DNA from: Armatimonadota bacterium
GTDB lineage: Bacteria > Armatimonadota > Fimbriimonadia > Fimbriimonadales > Fimbriimonadaceae
Assembly: GCA_037141835.1 (NCBI GenBank)
Contig: JBAXBU010000007.1
Coordinates: forward strand, 365 to 64,364
Length of the DNA stretch: 64,000 nt
Reading direction: 5' to 3'
The first letter of the stretch is position 1. The number at the start of each line of letters is the position of its first letter. This document shows positions 38,326 to 47,645 of the stretch, piece after piece. The notes under the pieces were generated by a model, which was given only the letters and a program-made list of their open reading frames with translations, was not told the DNA's origin and searched no databases. Position numbers and translations under genes: made by a program.

Positions 38326-38820
38326 ATGAATAAGAAGGTTGGCATTGGTCTAGCGGTCTTCCTGGCCCTTTTAGTAATTTGCTGTACTGGGATCTTCTTT
38401 TTCTTCAAATCCGCCACCGGGAAGATAATGGAGGCTGTGTCCAAAGACCAAGTCTTTGTCGCAAATGTCCTCAAGAGCACAACAAAAAACTGGGACGAAA
38501 ATGAATTCTCCAAGTTCGCTGATGATTCCTTCAACACACCCGAGAAGCGTGAGGAAACAAGGAAGCTTTTTGCGACCTTAAAAAAGAACCTCGGACCACT
38601 TGTCGAATTAGGTGAGGTAACAACAGGAACAAAGGCTTTTAAGGCCAATAGTGAAGGGAACGGACAAGGATTCTTTGTTTCGTTAACCGCGAAGGCAAAG
38701 TTTGAGAAAGGCAATGGAGTTTTCACTGTCGTGGTCAAAAACTACAAAGAGCAGATGAAAATCACTTCCATAAGCCTTGATCCTGACAAGGCACCGGCAT
38801 CTGGTTCAAAGAGTCCCTAA
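38326..38820 (+). CDS. Hypothetical membrane-anchored protein
   Basis: N-terminal TM with CC, then a soluble alpha/beta domain. Confidence 0.7.
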   Translation: MNKKVGIGLAVFLALLVICCTGIFFFFKSATGKIMEAVSKDQVFVANVLKSTTKNWDENEFSKFADDSFNTPEKREETRKLFATLKKNLGPLVELGEVTTGTKAFKANSEGNGQGFFVSLTAKAKFEKGNGVFTVVVKNYKEQMKITSISLDPDKAPASGSKSP

Positions 38821-38869
38821 CCCCTGGTAATTGGAACTCTGATTACTCAACGAATGTTCACTATCGTTA

Positions 38870-39349
38870 GTGAAATCTCGAAAGAAAAAACCTTGGCTAG
38901 CATGGATTCTTGGATCCGCAATCTGTCTCGTTGTGCCAATGGCGATCATTGGAAAGTCATCCTTTAATGAATTAGCCGCAAGAATTGGAAAAAACAAGAC
39001 CTTCGTAAACAACTTGATTAAAGACCATTACGCAAACAAAGACACCAGTTCCTTTGTATTAGAGGGCACGCGAAAGCAAGTTCAAACCGTTCTCGATGAT
39101 GCACAAAAACAAATGGGGAAGTGCCTTGCATTTGATACCGCCGATACGATACCAACCTTTAGGGACGTCATCAGCAAAGGATGGGAGCTAACCTACAACT
39201 TGCCAGTACAATTTGAAAAAGGATACAAAACCTTTACCGTCCGAGTTCGAAATGAAGGTGATACTCAAGTCGTTGTTTCGATGTCTTCAATCGACGGAAT
39301 TACGGCGAAGAATTCAATTAAGCGGCAGATTAGGGACAGTTTGCGCTAG
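38870..39349 (+). CDS. Hypothetical membrane-anchored protein
   Basis: N-terminal TM; weak similarity to the previous gene (KFEKG/QFEKG..FTVxV). Confidence 0.65.
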   Translation: MKSRKKKPWLAWILGSAICLVVPMAIIGKSSFNELAARIGKNKTFVNNLIKDHYANKDTSSFVLEGTRKQVQTVLDDAQKQMGKCLAFDTADTIPTFRDVISKGWELTYNLPVQFEKGYKTFTVRVRNEGDTQVVVSMSSIDGITAKNSIKRQIRDSLR

Positions 39350-39929
39350 TGGATTTATAGAAATTCTCCACGATCGTGAATCCTTGCTCAGTCAACACTG
39401 ACTCAGGATGAAATTGAACGCCTTCAATTAGCAGTGATTCGTGCCGGACGCCCATGATCTCGTCGTCATCAAGTGATCTCGCCGTCACGATAAATCCTGG
39501 CGGAGGCGTTGACTTTCCGATTACGAGACTGTGATACCGAACGGCGCTAAATGGGCTTGGCATGCCCTGAAACACCCCTTTTCCATCGTGCTGAACCAAC
39601 GATGCCTTGCCGTGCATAATCTTCTCGGCCACAACAACGGGCACTCCAGTTACTTCCCCTATTGCCTGGTGCCCAAGACAAACACCAAAGACAGGAAGGG
39701 TGAATCCTGGTTGTTGCTTCAAAGCGGCGTCTAAGACGCTGAGACAAATTTTCGAGTCCTTTGGAGTACATGGACCCGGAGAGAGCATGATGCCAGCTGG
39801 CCGCATGTCGCGAATTTCCTCAAGCGAAATCTCGTCATTCCGTTTAACTGCAATTTCAGCACCACACTGTCCAAGGTATTGAACCAAGTTATAGGTAAAG
39901 GAATCGTAGTTGTCAATGACGAGAATCAC
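39330..39929 (-). CDS. Anthranilate/aminodeoxychorismate synthase component II (glutamine amidotransferase, TrpG/PabA)
   Basis: IDNYDSFTYNL, LSPGPCTP, GVCLGHQ, RYHSL, VQFHPES. Confidence 0.95.
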   Translation of the reverse strand: MILVIDNYDSFTYNLVQYLGQCGAEIAVKRNDEISLEEIRDMRPAGIMLSPGPCTPKDSKICLSVLDAALKQQPGFTLPVFGVCLGHQAIGEVTGVPVVVAEKIMHGKASLVQHDGKGVFQGMPSPFSAVRYHSLVIGKSTPPPGFIVTARSLDDDEIMGVRHESLLIEGVQFHPESVLTEQGFTIVENFYKSTSANCP

Positions 39930-39957
39930 TTCTATAGTTTGCCTGAATTCCTCAATT

Positions 39958-41076
39958 CTATTTTTGTGAATTTCTATATGGATGAAGTTCTGGCATTTTT
40001 GACGGATTGAATCGAACGCACATTATGTACGGCGGCTGATCCTGATCCCAGTGCCCATATGTCGTCGTAACTATGGTCCCGTCTCGCAAAACTTCGACAC
40101 CTGAATACCCGCAATCCCAAGTGCTGGTGTTATCCTTGAGCCGAACCCGATATTGACCAGGTAATCCTTTTTCCAAGTCGTCAAAGGACCCTATCCAACC
40201 GACCCAGTCTCCGTCGGTCACAGTGCCAGTGCCTTTTGGCGAAATGTCACGAAATCCGATAAAGAGTCGACCATCTTTAAGGTACTTGCCAACATGGCGA
40301 TCGCCAGTTAATTCTGCGGGAAGGTCCCGAGGCTCGGTCCAAGTTAGACCTTCATCCTTGCTGAAAATTACTTGTGAGTTTCGAACTCGTTTGTTTTCGC
40401 GAAGCAGCATCGCCAAAGTTTTCCCATTTGGTGATCGGATGATTCCAGGTTCACAAAGATGAAGGTCGCTCCGGTTAAGAACGACCGTTGGGGCATTCCA
40501 TGTCAATCCCCCATCGGTCGTTATGGTCCGGTATAAAGTGAAAACTCCTGTGGCTTTTTTGCTATCGGCAAAGAACCGCCCGTCATCATGGAAATACGCG
40601 GCGTACGAACCTTTCTGTCCTCTAATAGGCTCCAAGGCGCCCATGACAACAATTCCTCCCCAGTTGCCTGCAGGCTTCAATTCAGACCAGGTCGTGCCCT
40701 CATCGACCGAAAGCGAAGTTCGCGCAGGATAGAGACCTGACCATAGAAGTAATCGGGCCTTTCCGCTGGCGTCGATGAGCCGGTGAATAGTCGGTGTCTC
40801 TTTGCCTGTTGCCCAACTTGGAGGTGTTGTCAATCGTCCAGACCAAGTTAGTCCAGCATTATTGCTTCGCTTATAAAGAATCTGACCGGAGCCATGGCCT
40901 TTCGGGTAGACGCACAACACCGTTTTTCCGTCGGGCAAAAGCAGTGTTGTTGGGTGTCCAAGGTATTGTCCTTGCTCACGGTCCACAACTACCTGCAGTT
41001 CAGGTCGGCTGTTGAGGTCCACATATCGGGTGCGAAGACCAACCATGATTTGAAATCCTAAAAAAGCACTCAGCAC
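39958..41076 (-). CDS. Sialidase-like BNR/Asp-box protein
   Basis: Asp-boxes SNNAGLTW, SVDEGTTW, TTDGGLTW, SKDEGLTW. Confidence 0.85.
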   Translation of the reverse strand: MLSAFLGFQIMVGLRTRYVDLNSRPELQVVVDREQGQYLGHPTTLLLPDGKTVLCVYPKGHGSGQILYKRSNNAGLTWSGRLTTPPSWATGKETPTIHRLIDASGKARLLLWSGLYPARTSLSVDEGTTWSELKPAGNWGGIVVMGALEPIRGQKGSYAAYFHDDGRFFADSKKATGVFTLYRTITTDGGLTWNAPTVVLNRSDLHLCEPGIIRSPNGKTLAMLLRENKRVRNSQVIFSKDEGLTWTEPRDLPAELTGDRHVGKYLKDGRLFIGFRDISPKGTGTVTDGDWVGWIGSFDDLEKGLPGQYRVRLKDNTSTWDCGYSGVEVLRDGTIVTTTYGHWDQDQPPYIMCVRFNPSKMPELHPYRNSQK

Positions 41077-41118
41077 GTTGATGTCAATAGTACTTGCTTT
41101 GAACGTAAACTATGTCAC

Positions 41119-43785
41119 ATGACATTTCTCTCGGTTGCAATCTTTTCTTTGTTGTCCACAGGAGGACCTCAGGCCATCAAGGTTCCTTATGAAAAATACA
41201 CCCTCGCAAACGGGCTAAAAGTAATTCTTCATGTGGACAAAACCCTTCCAGTTGCGACAATTAACACCTGGTTCTATGTCGGGTCAAAGGACGAGCCAGA
41301 GCGAAGGAGTGGATTTGCCCACTTGTTCGAGCACTTGATGTTCATGGGCACAAACCGAGTTCCAGGTGGTCAGTTTGACCAGATTATGGAAAGGTCCGGT
41401 GGGCAAAACAATGCCTCTACCGCCGAAGATCGGACGAACTATTACTCTTTTGGACCCTCAAACTTGCTTCCTACCTTGCTCTGGCTAGATGCTGATCGAC
41501 TTGAAGATCTTGGCAAAGCAATGACCCTCAAGAAACTTGACTTGCAAAGAGATGTTGTCAAGAATGAGCGAAGGCAAAATACCGAGAACACTCCTTACGG
41601 AAAGGCCTATGAGATGATCAACAGTCTCATGTATCCCAAAGGGCATCCGTATTCAACTTCCGTGATCGGCTCTCATGAGGACCTATCTGCCGCCTCAGTC
41701 GGGGATGTCCAATCGTTCTTCTCAACTTTCTATGTTCCGAACAATGCGTCGTTGATAGTAGCCGGAGACTTCGACCCCGCGAAAATCAAGCCACTGGTAA
41801 ACAAGCTATTTGGCACCCTGCCGCGAGCAAACGATGTTCCAAGAAAGCAGGTACAGCCGTTCACTTTTCCAGGAGCCAAATTGACACTTGTTGATGCCGT
41901 TTCAGCATCAAAATCCGTTATGGTCTGGCACACTCCTCCCACCACTAAGGATGGCGATATCGAGATGAAAATCGCAGCCAAGGTCTTAGGTGACGGATTA
42001 GCAAGCCGATTGCAAGAAACACTGGTCAACAAACTCGGTCTTGCTACCGAAGCTTCTGCAGGATTGGACAGCAAATACCTTGGATCGATGTTCTATATCG
42101 ATGCAACTTTGGCACCTGCTAAGAAGCAAGGTGATATGGAAAAGGCAATCCAATCCATTATTAATGACTTGGCAAAGAATGGGCCGACGGCGAATGAACT
42201 GAAACGAATAGTCGCTAAGGAAGAGTCAGCCATTTCTTCTATTCTTCAGAATCTTGACCAAAAGGCAGACCGGATGAACGAATATGAATTCTATTACGGG
42301 AACCCTGACTCATTTCAACGAGAAATAGATGCGTACAAGGCGGTCACTCCCGCCGCAGTTAAGGCGGCTGTAGGAAAGTACTTAACTGGAAAGAACTTAA
42401 CAATCCGAGTAATTCCTGAAACCGCTCCTCCGACAAAAAATCCGCGCGATGATCAGCCGGGAATTGACAAAGCAACTCTATTCACGACCCCCAAGCCAGC
42501 GCGGATGACGATGCCGAATGGCACTTCCGTGTCTTACTGGAGTAGACCAGGTGTACCAATGTTTTCGGTGCGGGCCCATCTTAACATTGGTTCGATTGAA
42601 GATTCCAAGCCAGGCTTGAACGCAATGACTACGGAGCTCATGCTGCGGGGAGCAAATAAGTTAACTGGCGCTCAATACTCTGCTCAGCTTGATCTTATCG
42701 GCGCAAGTGTTGGTGGTGGAACATCGTTACGCGGAACTACAATTAGCCTCGAAGCACCACTCTCAAATGCCATCCAAGCCTTGGCCATGTTCCAAGGCGT
42801 GCTGTCGGCTCCTACCCTTGCCAAAGACGATTTTGACCAATACAAAGCTGAGTTACTGGCTCAACTGACCCAAGAGAATGACTCGGCCAATTCGGTGGCT
42901 CAGAAAGTAGCGAAACGAGAATTTCTGGGTAAAAGCCACCCATATGCCAAACCAGTTGCAGGAACCATCGAAAGCGTAACTGGAATAAAGTACGAAGACG
43001 TATTGTCAACCGCGAAGAAAATTCAGAAGCTGAAGCCAGAATTCTTTGTAGCCGGTGGTTGGAGCGCGGCTGACGCCAAAGCTATGTTGTCGTCTACGGT
43101 CGGAAAGTCAGCTCAGGGCAAAACGATTGGAACCACGAAATTTAGCATCCCTGCAATTCCGAGTCAAGGCGCAAGACTGGTGATTGTTGACCGACCAAAC
43201 GCCGTCCAAACGGTCATAAACGTACTTTTCCCTGCGGTAAACGTAAATGACATTGACTACCTCGAGCTTGACGGAGTTCGCATGATTTCGGGAGGAAGTT
43301 TCACGAGCCGATTGAATCAGAATTTGCGCGAAGATAAGGGATATACCTATGGGGCAGGATCGCGTCTCGCATCAGATCTTTACATAGGTTGGTTCTCGAT
43401 GTCCTCTTCCGTTCGCGCAGACGTAACTGGGGCTTCTATAAAGGAATTCCTTAATGAGATCGCTCGACTTGAAAAAGGAGATATCGATGGCACCGAAGCC
43501 GGGAAGGCTGCTCAGATTATGAGAACCGATATTGTTACTGAGTTCACTTCATTGGAAAGTATTGTAACCGTCGGTTCGTCTGTGATGGATTCCGGAGTTA
43601 CATTGTCCGATATTGACCAAAGAATCTCAAAGATTCAGGGCTTTGAAGCTCAACGCCTTAACTCGGTCGCTTCGAAGTACCTGAGCAAGAGCAAGGCAAT
43701 GTTTGTCCTTGTAGGAGACAAGGCGCAAATCTTGAAACAGATTGAAGGCCTTGGATTGCCTTCCCCGGAAATTGTAAAGCCCTGA
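41119..43785 (+). CDS. M16 family (pitrilysin/PqqL-like) zinc protease, exported
   Basis: HLFEHLMF inverted zinc motif, NASTAEDRTNY, VVKNER; SRLNQNLREDKGYTYG in the second half. Confidence 0.93.
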   Translation: MTFLSVAIFSLLSTGGPQAIKVPYEKYTLANGLKVILHVDKTLPVATINTWFYVGSKDEPERRSGFAHLFEHLMFMGTNRVPGGQFDQIMERSGGQNNASTAEDRTNYYSFGPSNLLPTLLWLDADRLEDLGKAMTLKKLDLQRDVVKNERRQNTENTPYGKAYEMINSLMYPKGHPYSTSVIGSHEDLSAASVGDVQSFFSTFYVPNNASLIVAGDFDPAKIKPLVNKLFGTLPRANDVPRKQVQPFTFPGAKLTLVDAVSASKSVMVWHTPPTTKDGDIEMKIAAKVLGDGLASRLQETLVNKLGLATEASAGLDSKYLGSMFYIDATLAPAKKQGDMEKAIQSIINDLAKNGPTANELKRIVAKEESAISSILQNLDQKADRMNEYEFYYGNPDSFQREIDAYKAVTPAAVKAAVGKYLTGKNLTIRVIPETAPPTKNPRDDQPGIDKATLFTTPKPARMTMPNGTSVSYWSRPGVPMFSVRAHLNIGSIEDSKPGLNAMTTELMLRGANKLTGAQYSAQLDLIGASVGGGTSLRGTTISLEAPLSNAIQALAMFQGVLSAPTLAKDDFDQYKAELLAQLTQENDSANSVAQKVAKREFLGKSHPYAKPVAGTIESVTGIKYEDVLSTAKKIQKLKPEFFVAGGWSAADAKAMLSSTVGKSAQGKTIGTTKFSIPAIPSQGARLVIVDRPNAVQTVINVLFPAVNVNDIDYLELDGVRMISGGSFTSRLNQNLREDKGYTYGAGSRLASDLYIGWFSMSSSVRADVTGASIKEFLNEIARLEKGDIDGTEAGKAAQIMRTDIVTEFTSLESIVTVGSSVMDSGVTLSDIDQRISKIQGFEAQRLNSVASKYLSKSKAMFVLVGDKAQILKQIEGLGLPSPEIVKP

Positions 43786-43789
43786 TCGT

Positions 43790-44173
43790 TTAGTGCCTTT
43801 TAGAGCCAAATAGCAGGATGAGTCCGATGAGGATTGATCCTGCGCCAAAATATATTGAAGCTTCTTTACCGGATGCCCTTGTCATAAAAAGCACTGCGCC
43901 TTCGAAAATAAGGCCGAAGCCGATGAACTTCGCTGTTTTGCGCCAATCTGCATCGGTATTGATGATGAACATCCATGACAAGAGCAACAGGCAAGATACA
44001 GCAAGTGCCATTGCCGCAACAAGCGGCAAATTCCCTCGGCCAATCTGCAAACCAAGATAGGCGATCAAATAAGCTACAAACCCAATTATCGGGGCTGACA
44101 GTAATATCCAGGCAGTAAAAACTTCTCGACGTTGCACGGCTTTTCGGTTATTTGAATCCTGGGAGTGGCGCAT
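43790..44173 (-). CDS. Hypothetical four-TM membrane protein
   Basis: Four hydrophobic segments; SD GGAG. Confidence 0.65.
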   Translation of the reverse strand: MRHSQDSNNRKAVQRREVFTAWILLSAPIIGFVAYLIAYLGLQIGRGNLPLVAAMALAVSCLLLLSWMFIINTDADWRKTAKFIGFGLIFEGAVLFMTRASGKEASIYFGAGSILIGLILLFGSKRH

Positions 44174-44312
44174 AGTTCCATTTCTCCATCTGATTCGTGA
44201 CTAAGGACATTTTTGGATGAAATCGGAATTGATGGAGGTTCAAGCAGAAATATTCTTTAACTTGACACCATTTAGTATTGCCGAAAACCCCCAAAGTTGG
44301 TAAAACGAAAGG

Positions 44313-45299
44313 GTGCAACGTAGCCTATTTCTTATAGCAATTCTCGCTCTCTCGATTGTCGGGTGTAGTTCCAGCCCGGAAACCAATTCCGCGACCGGAG
44401 GCGCTACCACTAAGAAACTCCGAATAGGATTTATTCCCAAAGGTTCTACCCACGAATTTTGGAAGGCAATGCAAGCTGGTGCTGAAGGTGCTGCAGCCGC
44501 GAATGACGTAGAATTGATTTGGAAAGGACCCCAAAAGGAAGATGACAAGGCCGACCAAATTAAGGTCGTAGAAAACTTCACGAATCAAAAGGTTGATGGC
44601 ATCATCATGGCTCCGCTTGATGAAGAAGCTCTGAAAACTCCATCCAAAGAAGCCATCGCTAAAGGAATTAAGATGATCATCGTCGATAGTGGTCTGAAAG
44701 ACGTTGAAACAGAAAGCTTCATTGCTACTGACAACGAAAAAGCTGGCTACATGGGCGGAGAAAGGCTAGCCAAAGCCCTTGGAGGCAAAGGAAAGGTCAT
44801 TATGCTGAGATATGCCGAGGGCTCAGCAAGCACAATGGCTCGCGAAAAAGGATTCTTGGATGCGGCGAAAAAGGGTGGGCTCGAAGTGGTTAGCGACGAG
44901 CAACATGGCGGTGCAACTCGGGAATCAGCACAAACTGCGAGTGAGAACCTTCTCACTCGATTCAAAGCCGGAGAAGGGCTCAGCATTCAAGGCATCTTCT
45001 GTCCTAACGAGTCCACTGCATTCGGCATGATGAAGGCTCTTCAAAATGGCAAGTTAACCAGCAAGGTCAAATTTGTTGGATTTGATTCATCCAAAGAATT
45101 GCTCGAAGCAGTAACTTCCGGAGAAATCGAAGGACTTGTTCTTCAAAATCCAACAAACATGGGCAAGCTCGCCGTAGAAAACATGGTCAAAGTGCTTAAG
45201 GGTGGAACGATTGAAAAGAGAATTGACACTGGTGCCATTTTGGTTGACAAAGCGAACATGGAATCTGACGAAGTTAAGGCTTTGCTTGGTAAGAAGTAG
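44313..45299 (+). CDS. Sugar ABC transporter substrate-binding lipoprotein (RbsB-like)
   Basis: Lipobox IVGC; IGFIPKG..HEFW; IATDN; FVGFD. Confidence 0.9.
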   Translation: MQRSLFLIAILALSIVGCSSSPETNSATGGATTKKLRIGFIPKGSTHEFWKAMQAGAEGAAAANDVELIWKGPQKEDDKADQIKVVENFTNQKVDGIIMAPLDEEALKTPSKEAIAKGIKMIIVDSGLKDVETESFIATDNEKAGYMGGERLAKALGGKGKVIMLRYAEGSASTMAREKGFLDAAKKGGLEVVSDEQHGGATRESAQTASENLLTRFKAGEGLSIQGIFCPNESTAFGMMKALQNGKLTSKVKFVGFDSSKELLEAVTSGEIEGLVLQNPTNMGKLAVENMVKVLKGGTIEKRIDTGAILVDKANMESDEVKALLGKK

Positions 45300-45310
45300 T
45301 TCGCCATAAA

Positions 45311-45358
45311 TCTACAAAAAAGAACCCCGCCGAATCTGGCGGGGTTCTTTTTTGTAGA
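45311..45358. terminator. Bidirectional rho-independent terminator
   Basis: 21-bp perfect inverted repeat TCTACAAAAAAGAACCCCGCC / GGCGGGGTTCTTTTTTGTAGA between convergent genes. Confidence 0.9.
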
Positions 45359-45397
45359 ACACCATTCTTTCGATTGGTGATTCCGAAGAATCTCGAA

Positions 45398-46282
45398 TTA
45401 CTGGTTCTTAGCGCCTGCGTTAATCCATCCTTCGATGATGTCAAGATCAGACTTTGCGAGTGGAGCTTTTCCTTGTGGCATCGTGGCTCTTGGACCACCT
45501 ATGGTACGGAAAAGTCCGCTGTTCATTGCATTACCAGCAACAACCTTTGCCATTACGCCTTCATAGGAATCAACTGACAAACCGGCTTTCCGATTTCCGG
45601 CACTGTGGCATGGGAGGCAGTTGGCTTTCAGAATTGTTTCAACCTGGGAGTATGTGATTGAACTAGCAGCTGGCTTCTCCTCTTTCTTTGCTCCGGCAGG
45701 TGGTACAAACGTGAATTCTTTGACATCCATAACCTCTTTTCCGAGGACAATGTCGCCTTGCGCCATTACAACGACTTCCGAATTGCTCGCCCCTCGAGCG
45801 ACACCAGTCTTCAGGTCCAAGAACAGGCTAAATGGTTTGTCATTTGCCATCTTTCCGGCATATTCTGTGACCGGATTTCCTTTAATCGTTTTGTTGCCTT
45901 TAACTGAATAATCTTTGGTTCCTTTTAGAGCATCGGCCCCAAAGAACGCGGCCCAAGCCCAAACATGAAAATCCTTTGTTGGCGCCAACGAGGCTGGCAT
46001 TTCAGTGTATGTGTTTGCTTGCTTGTTTAGGGTCCAAACCATCTTTCCGTCTGATTCAATCAACTTGGATGGCATATCAATTTTGTACATCCCTGCTTTT
46101 GAATAGGTAAGAGTTCCTTTTTCCAGCCCGCCGCTTAGCTTTGTAACTGTAAACTCAGCTTTGAGAGACTTGGCGTCTTGAAGAATTGTGACATGGCTTT
46201 TGACCACTGCCGGAAGATCAGATTGGGTTAAGAAGGCAGTTCCGAGAACCGCCATCGCAGAAGTGAGAAGAAAGAATTTCAT
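45398..46282 (-). CDS. Exported LolA-like domain fused to a C-terminal c-type cytochrome domain
   Basis: Signal peptide; LolA-like segment (GTLTYSKAGMYKID..ESDGKMVWTLNKQANTYTE..FTFVPP); CLPCH heme motif with downstream MP. Confidence 0.7.
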   Translation of the reverse strand: MKFFLLTSAMAVLGTAFLTQSDLPAVVKSHVTILQDAKSLKAEFTVTKLSGGLEKGTLTYSKAGMYKIDMPSKLIESDGKMVWTLNKQANTYTEMPASLAPTKDFHVWAWAAFFGADALKGTKDYSVKGNKTIKGNPVTEYAGKMANDKPFSLFLDLKTGVARGASNSEVVVMAQGDIVLGKEVMDVKEFTFVPPAGAKKEEKPAASSITYSQVETILKANCLPCHSAGNRKAGLSVDSYEGVMAKVVAGNAMNSGLFRTIGGPRATMPQGKAPLAKSDLDIIEGWINAGAKNQ

Positions 46283-46375
46283 AATACTAAGCCTCTAAAT
46301 TTAAACGCTTTGTTAGGTTGATAGTTTACAGCTATTCGACTGGAAAATCAGTATGTGCTAGGATTAACGGATTCA

Positions 46376-47626
46376 ATGGAAACCAAGTTAACTTTTTTGC
46401 TGTTAGGGGCAGGTTCAAGAGGAACCATGTTTGCCAAAATTCTTGCGGAGGATTACGCTCCTGGGACCCTGGTTGCGGTTGCTGAACCAAACCCTGAAAG
46501 CCGCCAGAAAATTGCCGAAATGCATAACATTCCGGTTGAACTCCAATTTGAAACTTGGGAGCAAGCTTTGTCGCAGCCTAAACTTGCCGATGTAGTGGTG
46601 AACACTACAATGGATCGACACCATGTAGATTCTGCCGTGGCAGCATTTGGCCTTGGTTACCACATGCTGCTCGAAAAGCCAATGGCAAGTACCCTCGCCG
46701 ACTGCGTAAAGATTGCCGATGCAGCCAAAAAAGCCGGGACAATTGCCAGTGTCTGTCACAGCCTTCGATACAACGATGTTTATGCTGCAGTTAGGGAAGT
46801 ACTACGATCGGGCAGAATTGGTGACATTGTCAGTGTCGACCAACTTGAAGCTGTCGAACATATTCACCAATCCCACTCATTTGTCCGAGGTAATTGGGGC
46901 AACGAAGGTAGAAGCGCTTTTATGCTTTTAGCGAAAAGCTGTCATGACATTGACATCTTGTTTGACCTTGTCCATGACGACTGTGTCCGCGTCAACTCGT
47001 TTGGATCCTTGTCATTCTTTCGCAAAGAAAACGCACCCGCGGGTGCACCGCTTCGATGCCTTGACGGTTGCCCGGCAGAGCCAGAGTGCCCATATCATGC
47101 GATGAAAGTCTACGGGACTCCCGGTAAGGGGTGGGGGCAGTCGGTTGGATTAACCATGACTGGAGACCTGCTTACGCAAGCATTGCAAAGTGGTCCATAC
47201 GGCAAGTGTGTGTTCCAAACCGATAACGACGTTGTCGATCACCAAGTCGTTTCGATGGAGTTCAAGAAAGGACAAACGGTCACCTTTACAATGACCGCGT
47301 TCACGCCATTTGGAGGTCGAAGGATTCGAATCCACGGCACGAAAGGCTATTTAGAAGCCGCTACGGAAACTCGAATAGTAGAAGTTCATGAATTTTGGGG
47401 CGAAAAGAAGCATGAAGTCATTGAGGTTCCTGCCCGAGAGGGTGGACATGGCGGAGCAGATCCTTTGGTGATGAGAACCCTTATTGAGGCAATTGAATCT
47501 GATAATCCTAGCCTGGTGACGACAAATTTAGAGAATTCGCTCATGAGCCACAAGATTGTATTTGCCTCAGAGCAGTCTCGTCGTGAAGGAAGAGTTGTAT
47601 TTCTCAATGAACTTGCGCAGAGCTAA
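46376..47626 (+). CDS. Gfo/Idh/MocA family oxidoreductase
   Basis: LLGAGSRG, LEKPMA, HSFVRGNW, KSCHDID, GHGGAD. Confidence 0.92.
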   Translation: METKLTFLLLGAGSRGTMFAKILAEDYAPGTLVAVAEPNPESRQKIAEMHNIPVELQFETWEQALSQPKLADVVVNTTMDRHHVDSAVAAFGLGYHMLLEKPMASTLADCVKIADAAKKAGTIASVCHSLRYNDVYAAVREVLRSGRIGDIVSVDQLEAVEHIHQSHSFVRGNWGNEGRSAFMLLAKSCHDIDILFDLVHDDCVRVNSFGSLSFFRKENAPAGAPLRCLDGCPAEPECPYHAMKVYGTPGKGWGQSVGLTMTGDLLTQALQSGPYGKCVFQTDNDVVDHQVVSMEFKKGQTVTFTMTAFTPFGGRRIRIHGTKGYLEAATETRIVEVHEFWGEKKHEVIEVPAREGGHGGADPLVMRTLIEAIESDNPSLVTTNLENSLMSHKIVFASEQSRREGRVVFLNELAQS

Positions 47627-47645
47627 AAGGTAAAACAAAAAAGCC

